NCBI RefSeq assembly: GCF_006345805.1
Contig: NC_043002.1
Location: forward strand, 83,886,001-83,950,000
Reading direction: 5' to 3'
DNA from: Octopus sinensis
Lineage: Eukaryota
DNA: 64,000 nt
Position numbers and translations under genes: made by a program
In this document: positions 12,559 through 25,576 of the stretch, one piece after another
Position numbering within the stretch: the stretch's first letter is position 1
Layout of the letters: every line of letters begins with the position of its first letter
The notes under the pieces: generated by a model
The model's database searches: none
What the model saw: only the letters and a program-made list of their open reading frames with translations
Told to the model about the DNA's origin: nothing

Positions 12559-13170
12559 AAAACTTCAAAGAGTTAAGATGTAAAGCAATTCTATTCATAT
12601 TTTCGATTTTGCGCTGCATACAAAAGTAAACACTCCGAAGCAACAATAATGCGAGGGTGATTTCTTTTTCTAAATAAAAGCTAGTTATACAGGGCTAACA
12701 ATTGGGCCATTTGTAGTGCTAGGTTTAAATTGTCCAATGAGCAATGGCGCTTTTGTAGTTTTTTAAGTCTCTGCATTGATTCTCACATAACTGGAAGAAT
12801 AGTTTATTGAGGTGAAAGTGTATCAGAACTAAAGGCATAATCTAATAAACAGAAAACACCTGTTGACTATCAGCATTACCGCTCAATTCTTTATTCTCTT
12901 TCCTTTAGTTCAATTCTTTACAGTATATCACTTACTACACTGAAGAAATTAACGAAGATGAGAATAGATTTTAACTAAAATTTAAAATCATATATATATA
13001 TATATATATATAATATATATATATATAGACATAGATATAAATATAAATATAGATATAGATATAGATATAGATATAGCTGTAGATATGGATATATATATAT
13101 AAGTGGGCGTGACCTTTTCACTTTCAATGAACAATTGTCTTGAGAATGAACCATCTGCTAGAATAACTAA

Positions 13171-13176
13171 TATAAA
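13171..13176 (+). promoter_or_regulatory. Candidate TATA box of gene B
   Basis: TATAAA starts 66 nt before the ATG at 13237, which fits a TSS near 13200 and a short 5' UTR. Confidence 0.5.
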
Positions 13177-13236
13177 CTAAGCTCAAAGTGAAAGGCCTCT
13201 GTAAGTTGGAAACGAATCAGGCGACCAAAACAAACC

Positions 13237-13288
13237 ATGAAGTTTTCAGCTCCAGTCCTTTTCCTTTTTGCGGTTGTGTACGCAAGTG
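13237..13288 (+). CDS. Gene B exon 1: signal peptide MKFSAPVLFLFAVVYAS-G
   Basis: AAACC-ATG context. K + hydrophobic core + small residues. Phase-1 donor G|GTACGT matches the phase-1 acceptor at 14375. Confidence 0.8.
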
Positions 13289-13554
13289 GTACGTACCGAA
13301 TATTCCAACAGAGATATTTTAATAGAAATTCAAACCAAACCTTAACGTATCTTGTACTACATTTATTATTACTAATGCCTTTAGGGTGAGTAGAGTATTT
13401 ATTCAAAAAAAAAAACAAACAAAATTAGCTGTTTTCCATCAGTTAAAAAGCTGTCTGTAAAACAAAAAATAGCTTATTTTGTTGCTACTTAGAATAGTTG
13501 GAAACTTAACCATCATAAAACTTGTGTGTGTGTGCGTGTGTGTGTGTGCGTGTG

Positions 13555-13614
<60 letters not shown>

Positions 13615-14374
13615 TGTGTGTTTGTGTGTGCGTGTGTGATTCAGTAATTAAAAGTAAGTTACACAATATTTGGATTTAGGCATCATTATTGACCCAAACT
13701 GAGGTAAATATGGTGGCTAATTATTTTTCTCTTCTTTTTTCTTCTTTTTCACTGAATTATCTACAAAAACGAATGCTTATCTTTAAAAAAAATTAATGCA
13801 TTCACAGTAAAACATTGGACATAGTTTTAAGGGAATGTTTTACGGAAGAAAGCTAGAAATAGCATAGTGCAAATTAAAAACTAAATATTTGCTTTCTTTG
13901 TATGACTTGAAGTAGGGCCTAGGAGTGTAGATTTTACAATCAGTTTGCAAAATAAAACAAGATATATGATAAATACAGAAACTATTGTAGTTATAAAAGG
14001 TAATATGAAAAGGATTATAGATTTTCAGGTAACCAATCTGGAGTTTGCTTTCTCATTTTACGAATCTAGTTCACTGAGTTATTAACTAATTGTTGATTGT
14101 TTCGTGTTTGTGTGTGGCGCAAAAATCTAAGTGTCCGAAAGTTAAACATTCAGTCAGTTACAAATAAATATTTAAGCACATTTTTTTGTAGCTAAAAATA
14201 AAACTGCAGTGATAGACATAACGAGAACAATTCACAGTCACTTTTTTTTTTTTTTTTTATAATTAATTTGTTTTCATATCAATTCTCAAAATAATCCTGT
14301 ATAAAATGCTACGGTTACACTTTCTCATTTTACTAAATTTCTTTTTATGTCATTCATCTTACCAACAATTTTAG

Positions 14375-14556
14375 GTGCTGATATTCTTGACTTGGATAAA
14401 ATATCCGATGTTGTAATTAATGCCCGAAAGTTATGGAGAGGCAACTCTGTTGATGACCTCATGAATTCAGACCGTGTTCCTTATTACTGTAAAATGGCTG
14501 TCAACTATGGTGACCTCAACAACGCTACTATTAGAACACTGAACGAAAATTTACAA
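14375..14556 (+). CDS. Gene B exon 2 (GADILDLDKISDVVINARKLWRGNSVDDLMNSDRVPYYCKMAVNYGDLNNATIRTLNENLQ)
   Basis: TTTTAG acceptor, open frame, CAA|GTAAGC donor, phase 1 to 0. Confidence 0.85.
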
Positions 14557-14719
14557 GTAAGCAATATATTATATTTTCTTTTCTTCGTTTGTAGTTTAAT
14601 GGTTGGGGCATTCGCGACATATGATCCTAAGATATGTAGATATAATAAAATATCCAACTTAAGAGTTGCATTCAGCTGTGCACTTAGTGTCAAAAAATAT
14701 TAGTACTGCTGAACTATGG

Positions 14720-15100
14720 GTAGAAGCAGGATGCTCGCGTATAGTTTAAAGTACAAGCCCAGTGAAAGGTTAACGCAGACGCCGTGGTCAACGAAGCAGA
14801 AATATCGAACAACACCAAAGGAACGACACCTTTACAGAAATGTGTCGGAACTACAGAGCGTTTCTTTAAGACCAGGTTAAATAATCATAGATCCTCTTTT
14901 GAAATCCAGGAGAGTATTACAGAGTTAACTTTCCATATATGGAGAGTAAAAGGGGGAGCAATATCATATGACATGAACTGGAGACTGCTGGAACGTTCTG
15001 GACTGTATCTTTAGTTGGAAGACGCAGACTGTGCTTCGCTGAGAGTGCTTTCCTAAAATCGAAAAGTGAAATTCTTGGAGGCTACCTACATAAAGGTAAT
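14720..15100 (+). mobile_element. Penelope-like GIY-YIG endonuclease remnant in intron 2
   Basis: CVGTTERFFKTRLNNHRSSF...TELTFHIWRVKGGAISYDMNWRLLERS matches the recalled PLE pattern YIGxTxxxFKxRYNNHxxSF/TELSxxIWxLK. Confidence 0.75.
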
Positions 15101-15166
15101 ATGATAATCTTAATTGGCGATATGATCATCTCAATTTATGAGCAATCTCTTTCTTCCTCTCTCTCT

Positions 15167-15223
<57 letters not shown>

Positions 15224-15506
15224 GCACGCATAGTTTACACGCTCCACCACCCATGGCTATCACCAAATTATGGAGAAGAACTCTTCTCCCAAAATGTATT
15301 TTTCACTATGCTTCGTTCCAGTTTTGTCACAACGTACAGTGTATATACCGCTAGCATAAAAGAGGACATGCACTTCCGGCCAGAAAGTCTGAAAAGTCGT
15401 CAACATTATCTAGTGGCAATATTCGATGTGAAACTGGCGGTAACATTCTGGCCAGTTATATGCTATCACATGCATTGCTTGACGATAGATAGATAGACAG
15501 ACAGAC

Positions 15507-15578
<72 letters not shown>

Positions 15579-15631
15579 TATATAATATATGCATATCTAT
15601 GTGTATATATATATTCATATGTGTATACGTA

Positions 15632-15708
<77 letters not shown>

Positions 15709-16199
15709 CATATGCATATACATATACATACATACAAATATATATCTATATCACGTGACCGACCAGGCTACACATCGCTGGTCACAATGGGCTTCACATT
15801 GTTTTAGCCTTGAAATGACGCCACCCCGCTGGCTAAGCGAGCAGGCCAATATATATATCTATATATAAACATATATGTACACATATACACACACACGCGT
15901 GCACACAAATGCGTGTGTGTGTGTAGTAAATATATGTATAGTGTTCCCCCTCATCTCCTCTCTCTACACTACACCATACGACTTTACACATCACATCATA
16001 TATACATACACACGTCCAGACCTCTCATACGCACTACATACTCTCTCATACATACTCTCTCATACACACACACACTCTTATGTTGGGGCGAGGTCATTTA
16101 ACCCTATTATCTCCCCTAATTTTGCTCTTGTGTCTCACGTTTGATCTTTGACTTCTGGCCGAAATCAGATCGCCATGTTGATTCGCTAGCCTCTGCACG

Positions 16200-16372
16200 C
16201 ATTTTTTTTCTTTCTGTGTTTCCTTTCTGTGTATCTTTCTGTTGAAGAGGCGTAGGCTCGAAACGTAAAAGACTTGTTTTATTTATATTCCTGAGCGCCA
16301 TACTAATACAATTGTTTGTTTGTACTCCACCTGCCTTCGTCTTTTGTTTATTTTCATAAAGCTTCCCGTTAT
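16200..16372 (+). mobile_element. Short repeat (PLE-terminus-like) carrying a hammerhead-like motif
   Basis: Same family at 34530-34670 (-) and 61870-62020 (+); motif TCTTT-CTGTTGA-stem-GAAAC-GTA-AAAGA. Confidence 0.6.
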
Positions 16373-16381
16373 ATATATATA

Positions 16382-16441
<60 letters not shown>

Positions 16442-17317
16442 GCTGTTATACAAAAGTGTCGTAAGTCCAAAACGTTGCTTTTTCAGAAAACGAAAAAACT
16501 ATTTCGTCATTCCGTAGCAAAACCGTTTTACTACACTTTGATAATTTTTGCTATCTTGGCATCTGAAGCAGCATGAGATACAATAGTTTGACTAAAAGAA
16601 CCGGCTATAGAAAAAAAAAACACATTTGGCCAAATTTGGACATACGACAGTTTAACATAATAGCAACAATATATAGAGAGAGCGTGGGGGAGAAAAGAAG
16701 AGAAAGAAATAAAGACAAACAGAGAAAGAGACAGAGAGAGCAGAAGGAATGACGGACAAACAATTATAGATGTTAGGAATCTATTTGTATGGAAAATTGT
16801 AAGTAAAATTTATATGATGTAAGCTGGCTTTGTTTAAAATGATTAGTAAATCTATATATATATAAAGTTGAATTTGTCTGTGCGTGGCAGGTTTGGTAGC
16901 CTTCAACTAACACTATCTCCCCCGAGACCCTGCAGCGCAAGTTGACCAAAATTGAGAGTATGATAGAAGAAGGCATGCTCTTCCTTCCGTAGAAGATAAA
17001 ATTCAAATCGAACCATGTTAAGACCGAAAATTATTTACATCAATAAGGTGCTTTTTTTCTATAAAAATCCCCATTTTTTACGATGTTTTGACTGCTGTGT
17101 CGCCATTTTTCGGTGTATTTCAACCAGAAAAATGTCCACTTAAAGAGAATAACAAGCTACGTAATGCAAAATTTTTACTTTTCAAAAATTCCAATTCTAA
17201 TGGGTCGAAACAAACCCGAGCAATGCCGGGCGATACTGGTAGTAATTGATATAATAATGCATATTCTGTGGACAGATGTAATACTGGGGCAATATTAATC
17301 ATAAATGCTGGTATTTC

Positions 17318-17476
17318 GCCTGTCTCTACGTTCTGAGTTCAAATTCCACCGAGATCGACTTTGCCTTTCATTCTTTCGAGGTCGATGAATTAAGAACCAG
17401 TTGCGTACTGGGGTCGATCTAATCGACTGGCCCCTTCCCCAAAATTTTCGGGTCTTGTGCCTAGAGCAATAAAGAA
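17318..17476 (+). mobile_element. SINE S1, 5'-truncated
   Basis: GTATTTCG...GTTCTGAGTTCAAATTCC...GGGGTCGAT core. Confidence 0.75.
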
Positions 17477-18021
17477 TATTAATCATAAACATCTAAGCAT
17501 GTATCTTCTTTTCTTATGTGTTTAAGATTAATTAATATTACCTAACTATTACACTTATCAACATAATATGCAGTGTTAATATCAACTATTGATTGATCAC
17601 TTGAAACAACTATAAAAACAAGGCCTGCTAACATCCTGTAAAATGTATACACATACAAATACATTCCTGAAACCTATAATGTGTTTGTTCGTCTCTCCTC
17701 ATTGATATACGTTCATTTAGGTCATTCTGCTAACCGACTGTTCTACATCTGAATGACCTCGTCCTGATTAAAAAGCTGGAGTTTAAGAATTTGCTTTCTC
17801 TGAACACTACTTTGATGACTTCTGCACTTGCACTAACATATTTTTCACACACTGTATATTCATACATTCATACGTACGTACGTACGTAGTACGTAACGTA
17901 CGTAGTAAGTATGTATATATGTATGTATGCATGTATGTATAGTATCTATGTAGGACGTGTGTGTGTGTATATTATATATGTGTGTGTGTGTATGTATATA
18001 TATATATGTGTGTGTGTGTGT

Positions 18022-18083
<62 letters not shown>

Positions 18084-18104
18084 ATATATATGTGTGTGTG
18101 TGAA

Positions 18105-18456
18105 GGCGCATGGCTCAGTGGTTAGAGCGTCGAGCTTACGATCGTGAGGTTGTGAGCTCGAATCCCGGAACGGGCTGCGTGTTGTGTTCATGAGCAAAGC
18201 ACTTTATTTCACGTTGCTCCAGTTCACTCAACTGTAGAAATGAGTTGCGACGTCACAGGTGCCAAGCTGTATCGGCCCTTGCCTTTCCCTTGGACAACAT
18301 CGGTGACGTGGAGAGGGGAGGCCGCTATGCATGGGCGACTGCTGGTCTTCATTAAAAAAAAAAAAAAAAAAAACAACCTTGCCCAGACTTGTGCCTCAGA
18401 GGGTATCTCTCTAGGTGCAAACCCATGGTCAGTGCCTGACCGAAGGGGGTCTTTCT
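18105..18456 (+). mobile_element. tRNA-derived SINE family S3
   Basis: A-box TGGCTCAGTGG, B-box-like GCTCGAATCC, then a long non-tRNA body. Confidence 0.75.
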
Positions 18457-18457
18457 T

Positions 18458-18564
<107 letters not shown>

Positions 18565-19578
18565 TAATATATATATATAATATATGTATGTATGATGTAT
18601 GTATGTATGTATAGAAAAGCTTTTAATGCTTTTGTTGCAATTACAGGCTGATCTTTTTAATAGAGTATGAATGGTCTGTTCACACGGGCCGCCAGAACAA
18701 AGCAAAAAGAGTTGGGTTTTTATATACACCACATCAGAGAAAAACATTGGTGCCCCTAGATCCGTGAGGGCCCTGGGTAGTGAAATTTTTTTCCCACGAG
18801 AGTTCCGGACCCCAATAATGAACTCATTTGCATACACCTAATCAGAGCTCACCTTGATCTTGTTGTCAAGTTAACAAACACACTCTACCAAGTAAACTCG
18901 AGACGAAGAACGGAATTGTAAGTCGACCGATCGCCAAGTTATGACTGATTTTAGGAGACATCTATACCTATTATCGGATTTTGTTAGGGCCCCATATGGT
19001 AAAGATGTGGATGGGGAAAATGTGGATAGAGGGTAATGTGCTAGCAACCTTCTCCCTTTACTGTTTTACAAAGTAAACAACAACACAAATAACTACGCAG
19101 AGGCAGCCACGGTTGAAACAAGAACAAGAACAACAAGCATTATTAAAAGTGAAAAGAAGCATGGTCATTCCTTACCCAAGTGACCTTATCTTATTGTCTG
19201 TCAATTCTTATGCGCTAATAAATTAGTTTGATAGTTGAGATCTGATTGGTTGTATGCAAATGAGTTCATAACTGGGGTTCGGAATTCTCGCGGGAAAAAG
19301 ATTTCGCCCCCGGGCCACCGTTCAATATGTCCATGCCTTAAGATGGCACTACCTGAAACTGCAGTTTCTGTTTCTGAACCCTTTTACTGCGGAAAGTAGA
19401 TATATTCACTCAAAATTTCCTTACTCCCTTAACTGATGAAAGCAGTTTTATATACCAATCCAACTTTTGTCAAGGAATATCGTATTTGAAGCTCCTTTAT
19501 GTCAAGTTTGTTGAGGTGATATAACTTGCATTCAAATTTCATTTCTATTTTTCTTTTTAATAACATAAGTACAACGTT

Positions 19579-19905
19579 GGAGGCGCAATGGCCCAGTGGT
19601 TAGGCAGTGGACTCGCAGTCGGAGGATAGCGGTATCGATTCCCAGACCGGGCGTTGCGTGTGTTTATTGAGCGAAAACACCTAAAGTTCCACGAGGCTCC
19701 GGCAGGGGGTGGTGGCGACCCCTGTTGTTCTCTTTCATCCCAACTTTCTTTCATTCTTTCATTCTTTCTTCTTGTTTCTTGAGTAACACTGCGATGGACT
19801 GGCCTCCCGTTCAGCTGGTGGGGGGAACACATACGCCACAGAAACCGGGAAACCGGGCCCATGAGCCTGGCTAGGCTTGAAAAGGGCACATAAATAATAA
19901 AAAAA
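19579..19905 (+). mobile_element. tRNA-derived SINE family S4
   Basis: A-box TGGCCCAGTGG, B-box-like TATCGATTCC, A-rich tail. Confidence 0.7.
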
Positions 19906-19950
19906 TTAAATTACAACATTATCAATAGAATCAATTATAAATATATATTT

Positions 19951-20122
19951 GAGTGGCTGTGTGGTAAGTAGCTTGTTTACCAACTACATGGTTCCGGGTT
20001 CAGTCCCACTGCGTGGCATCTTGGGCAAGTGTCTTCTACTATAGCCTCGGGCCGACCAAAGCCTTGTGAGTGGATTTGATAGACGGAAACTGAAAGAAGC
20101 CCGTCGTATATATATATGTATG

Positions 20123-20154
<32 letters not shown>

Positions 20155-20390
20155 ATATATATGCGTGTGTGTGTTTGTGTGTCTGTGTTTGTCCCCCTAG
20201 CATTGCTTGACATCCGATGTTGGTGTGTTTATGTCCCCGTTACTTAGCGGTTCGGCAAAAGACACCGATAGAATTAGTACTGGGCTTACAAAAGAATGAG
20301 TCCTGGGGTCGAGTTGCTCGACTAAAGGCGGTGCTCCAGCATGGCCGCAGTCAAATGACTGAAACAAGTAAAAGAGTAAAGAGTAAAGAG
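19951..20390 (+). mobile_element. SINE S2
   Basis: Same sequence family as 4805-5204. Confidence 0.85.
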
Positions 20391-20609
20391 ATATAATCTG
20401 CAAGGAGAAATTGATAGTTTTGAAGTAGTTGACTGTAAATATTTTCTTTCCCACTGATTTTTATTGAAATATTCCCAATCGCAATGCAACTAGCTTCTAT
20501 AACAGTACTTTTTTGTGGGTTATTGTTCCCAAAAACTCTGTGTGTGTGCTTATGCATGTGTGTGTGGTTGTCTGTTTATCTGTGTGTCAGTGCGAGTCTG
20601 TACCTCTGT

Positions 20610-20662
<53 letters not shown>

Positions 20663-20952
20663 TGAGTGAGCACGTGCGCGCGTGTATGTAATATATACCG
20701 TACATATTAAATACAAGTATGTTTTGGGAACGGTGAAACTCGAAGTAGAAAAAGCTATAAACAATAACGTGTAAATATTCGGTTAAAAAGAAACTTTAAA
20801 ATAGAAGCCTTCGACTTTTTCTAACCCAATATTTATGCGCTGTTATTTACAGCTTTATTTGCATCGAGTTTCACTGTTCCTAAACAAATTATTTCACGTT
20901 CTCTTGAAGTTTTGTAAATTCTTATGACGTTAACAAATATTTTAATTTTCAG

Positions 20953-21147
20953 GTGATTATTGCGGCTACAATTAATCACTTCAAGAAAAAGTACAATGAT
21001 AGCGGCCGGATGGAGTTTGTAGACTATGTACACGCATTGAAGAGCAACCCGTTTTTAAAAACAGAAATTACCGATAACATTTATCGAGGGGAATTCAAAG
21101 ATTTTCACGCGTATGATTCCAGGCGACAACAACTGGTGACAGATGGG
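20953..21147 (+). CDS. Gene B exon 3 (VIIAATINHFKKKYNDSGRMEFVDYVHALKSNPFLKTEITDNIYRGEFKDFHAYDSRRQQLVTDG)
   Basis: TTTTCAG acceptor, GGG|GTAAGT donor, 195 nt, phase 0-0, open. Confidence 0.9.
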
Positions 21148-22905
21148 GTAAGTTATAGAATCGCCTCTTCCCTAAAATATACTTTTCGAAATTAAGAGTT
21201 TAACATATTTGTGCGCTTATGTGATCTGATGGATGTCTAATATATCATAAATGCGATCAAACTTCATTAAACGGGATAAGATCGTATGCAGTGAAAAGAG
21301 GTGACTTCTGACGTTTCGGGGGCAAGGATCTTCTTCAGAGAAATATACACACAAACGCACGCGTGCGCACACACGCACTCACACACACATACATACACAC
21401 ACACGCACACAAACATAAATATACATGCATACTTTAGTCTCTAGTTGGTGCATACACGCATAGAGACAAATTTTCTATATATGTAAATATGTGTGTGCGA
21501 ACACATATAAATTAAAATATGTAAATCCGCATGTGCAATGACTTCTGCTCATGTGTACGTACGTACATACATACATGCATACATACATACATACATACAT
21601 ACATACATACATACATACATACATACATACATACATACATACATGCTTACATAAAGCAGATACATTGCATCACAGTTTAAAATGTGTGGACCTCTGTAAA
21701 GACAGGCAGATCTGCAGCTTCTCCAGGGTACATGGGTCACATAACAAGAAAACACCGAAACTAGTTTGACGTGAATGCCCAAATCAATGAATTAATAACA
21801 AAGTGGTTTTTCATATCTAGCAAAATGTCAAGAGTAATAAACGCGAGAAAGCGAAAGCAACAGTCTAGAGACAATGAGAGCAATGACGAACTTGGTGGTT
21901 GACCAAAACACTTGAATCCCAGTATCCGGGTACTTGGCGGTATTTCTTCCGACTCAGTACATTTTAAGTTTAAATTAGACCCTCCAGCCTTCTTCAGGCT
22001 GGAGGGTATATCAGCCAAAACGTGTTAACAACAAACAAAATGAGGACAAATATCCGTCAAATGTAAATAATGTACATAATTCTCATCTCTTAAATATAGA
22101 ATTGAACTAAGGTCATCTCTTAAAAGAGAAGCTTAGTTTAATACTATACACCTAGAAGTAAATGAAGGGATATAAGTACAAGATGCATAGGAATTAGAAA
22201 TGAAATTGTTAGAATCAAGTCGAAATAGTCCTGCTCTGCTTTACATTTCAAATATGGCTCAAAGACCGCAGACTGGCAGAATCTTTAGTCTTTTCACATT
22301 CAGATTGCTCTATCAGATGTGATGCTTAATTATTTATATTGTTGTTGTTATAGATTTTTAATTAATCATGCACTATCTCGTAGCTTCGAGATTTCTCTGA
22401 TGTGATTGTTTATTTTTAGAATAACATTGTAGGGTAGGTGTGACAGGCCGGATCTGACTGGTTTGAACATAAAACAGATGGAATATTTGGTTCAGATACG
22501 GCTCCTTTAAATAGTTAAAACGCATTGCAGTATTCCTTCCGACTTTTTGCATTCTAAATTCAAATCATGAATGGGTTCGTCTTCAGTAATCGACTATTCG
22601 ATGGTGTAATCAGAGAAAGAAAATTTAAGGCTTACTGGAGATTGGAATTAATACTTAGCTGACGAATTCCTCCCCGGTCGATTTTGCATTTCATCCATTC
22701 GGGGTCGATTAAGTAAGTACCATTTGAGCCCTGGGGTTGATGTAAGCGACTTACTCCCTTCTCCGATATTGCTGGCCTTGTGCCAAAACTTGAAAGCAAT
22801 ATGTAGTTGACTAATGACTGGTAATTTCTACTATTCAGAATTTGCCATATGATTTATAAGTAGCAACCGTTTGGAAAACATAAACATATATCTCAATTAT
22901 TCTAG

Positions 22906-22940
22906 CTAGCAGAAAGACCGCCCGCCGGGCGGTTTCCTGC
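22906..22940 (-). mobile_element. Possible Helitron 3' terminus
   Basis: GC hairpin ACCGCCC-GCC-GGGCGGT followed on the minus strand by CTAG ~8 nt later. Confidence 0.35.
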
Positions 22941-23359
22941 TTGTCCCTTGATATTTTCACATTTGATCCCCAGTTCTAATAATTTTTATATTTTACGTCT
23001 AATTATTTCTTTGTATAATGGTGCTCAATTGCTTAGTAAGTATTGCTTTCATTATTTTATCACAGTCATAATTTCTCTTTTTTAAACAAACATCACGGTA
23101 GTCCAACAACAGAGGGGAAAGCAGTTTGTCAAGTTTTACCTTCCCCTCAAAGCAACATAGAGATTGCAATTCAGCAGCCCATCTGTAAGCTTTACAATAC
23201 GTGTGAGAGAGAAGGGGAGAGAGAAAATTGCAAACAATGAATGAAATAATGAATGAAAATTTATACAAAAACCCTCTCAAACGGCATAGATTACGATTAT
23301 AAAGAAATTTGTTGTGAAAATTTTTTTCAGGGCTTAAAAATTTTTTTTTTTAAACCACA

Positions 23360-23520
23360 GCCTTCGAAATGATGTGGTGATGGAGGGGCATCTTTGTATG
23401 AGAACTGAGAAAAACACTGCAGATGTGCATGCATCTGTGAGGAGAAATCGTCGAATCACCATCCGTGAATTATCAGAGGATGTGCACATTAGTTGCGGAT
23501 CATTTCAGTCTGTTATCGCA
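23360..23520 (+). mobile_element. Mariner transposase HTH remnant
   Basis: RTEKNTADVHASVRRNRRITIRELSEDVHISCGSFQSVI. Confidence 0.65.
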
Positions 23521-23559
23521 AAAACAAAAAAAAAACAATGCTATCTAAAAAAAGACCAT

Positions 23560-23990
23560 CCTTGGATAGATATAGAGAAACCCCTGTTATTGAATGCCTC
23601 TATAAACATCAACACCAGAAATATTGGTGGAACATCCCCATCACAACTTCTACCAGGTGCAAACATAGCAGGCCTGGATAAAGTTGTTTGGGATGTACAT
23701 GAAAAGTGCGTAGCATCAAAGAGGTCAGCTGCCTAGCTGATGTGAATATCTCTTTAAAAATCAAAGAAAAAACAGATAACTACGGACAACTGCTTCGAAA
23801 CCTAAAGCTGCTAAACCTAAATTGTAAATTCACATTTATACCAATAATAGTTGGTGCACTTAGTTTTGTTAGTAAATGCCAATGTGACAATCTAGTAAAG
23901 CTAGAGTTTAAAAAAAAAAAGGTAGACAGAAGTCAACCAGTTAACACGTATATTACAGATACAATATATAAGCAGAACAGCGAGAATATC
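23560..23990 (+). mobile_element. RLE-type non-LTR endonuclease remnant
   Basis: KYWWNIPITTSTRCKHSRP, EVSCLADVNISLKIKEKTDNYGQLLRNL, FIPIIVGAL; same family as 10110-11000. Confidence 0.75.
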
Positions 23991-24574
23991 CAAAACGTTT
24001 CTTAAGTTCAAAACGTGACGTTGTTTTTATCAACATTCCAACGTCGTTGGAATGTAGATAAAAACCTTACAGGAAAACTTCAAATAATTAAAAATAAAAC
24101 AGAACATACGCACTACATACACACATACATACATACATGCATACATACATACATACATACATACATACATACATACATACATACATGCATACATACATAC
24201 ATACATACATACATACATACATACATACATACATACATACATACATACATACATACATACATACATACATGCATACATACGGAGCGCTTAAAATCACCTT
24301 TTAAGCTATCGGCAGCATACTTGCACACACAGGCGCGCGCACACACACACACAAATGTAAACACACATTCACATATGTACACGCTAAATAGAAGTGAACA
24401 AGAAAGTAGCCGTCGATACGTTATTTAACTTTGTAGACGGCCTTGGTGAAATCAAGTTGTACACGGTCAAACCTTGGTCCACCTTTCAGAATCCATGTGT
24501 GTGTGCGTACATACACGTATGTATAAATGTATGTATACGTAAACACACACACACATACATGAATTCTGAAAGGG

Positions 24575-25095
24575 TGTTCCATCGACCTTGAAAGGATAAA
24601 AGGCAAAGTCAAACTCAGACCAAATTGAATCAGAGCATGAAGGCAGACGAAAGGTATTTTGCTCGACGTGTTAACGATTCTTACTTCTTTACTGCCCACA
24701 ATGGGCTAAACACAGAGAGGGCAAACAAGGACAGACAAAAGGGTTAAGTCGATTACATCGTCCCCAGTACGTAACTGGTACTTATCGACCCCGAAAGGAT
24801 GAAAGTCAAAGTCAACCTCGGCGGAATTTGAACTCAGAACGTAACGACAGACGAAATACCTATTTCTTTACTACCTACAAGGGGCTAAACACAGAGAGGA
24901 CAAAGAAGGACAAACAAACGGAAATAGTCGATTGTATCGACCCCAGTGCGTAACTGGTACTTATTTAATCGACCCCGAAAGGATGAAAGGGCAAAGTCGA
25001 CCTCGGCGGAATTTGAACTCAGAACGTAGCGACAGACGAAATATCGCTAAGCATTTTGCTCAGCGTGCTAATGTTTTTGCCAGCTCGCCGCCTTA
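24575..25095 (-). mobile_element. Cluster of 2-3 tandem partial SINE S1 copies
   Basis: Reverse complement of S1 repeated (ACCCCGAAAGGATGAAAG..CGGAATTTGAACTCAGAACGT). Confidence 0.8.
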
Positions 25096-25576
25096 CACAC
25101 AGATCAAATATTCTACTATCGTTCGCACAAAGCAACTAAGCAGACGATATTAAAGTGATACACACAAAGCAGCTAAGCAAATGATATTGAAGTGATATTA
25201 AATAACCTGACAAACAACGATGCATACACGATCTAACAAAACCTTGGACATAAGATAAAACTCTGAATATGTAAAACGTAAAATTCAAAAATGAATCTCA
25301 ACAAAGATAGTCACATATTAAATGTCTTTGATCAGAAGTAGAGAGCCCAAACATTCCGATTTTCGGACAATAGTCCCTGCATTCTAGTGAATGTGCATGG
25401 CCTAGAGGCTATAATTTTGCTCTCGCGAACACCGGACCAGACAGTGTTTTGAGTTCTTGAGCAAAATACTTCATTTCACGTTGCTGTAGTTCACTCTTGT
25501 GACGGACTGGCGCCCCGTTCAAAGAGAATGTTCTTTTCTTGGCTATATATACGCCATGGAAACCAGGTAACCGACT

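Noticed and set aside
14347-14374. ATG at 14347 as the start of gene B (as given by the ORF track)
   Set aside because: It lies in the polypyrimidine tract before a TTTTAG acceptor. The signal-peptide exon at 13237-13288 has a matching phase-1 donor and a better start context.
18105-18180. tRNA gene (also 2363-2428, 19579-19650)
   Set aside because: A/B boxes are present, but there is no complete cloverleaf, and where a body is present the sequence continues into a repeated SINE body.
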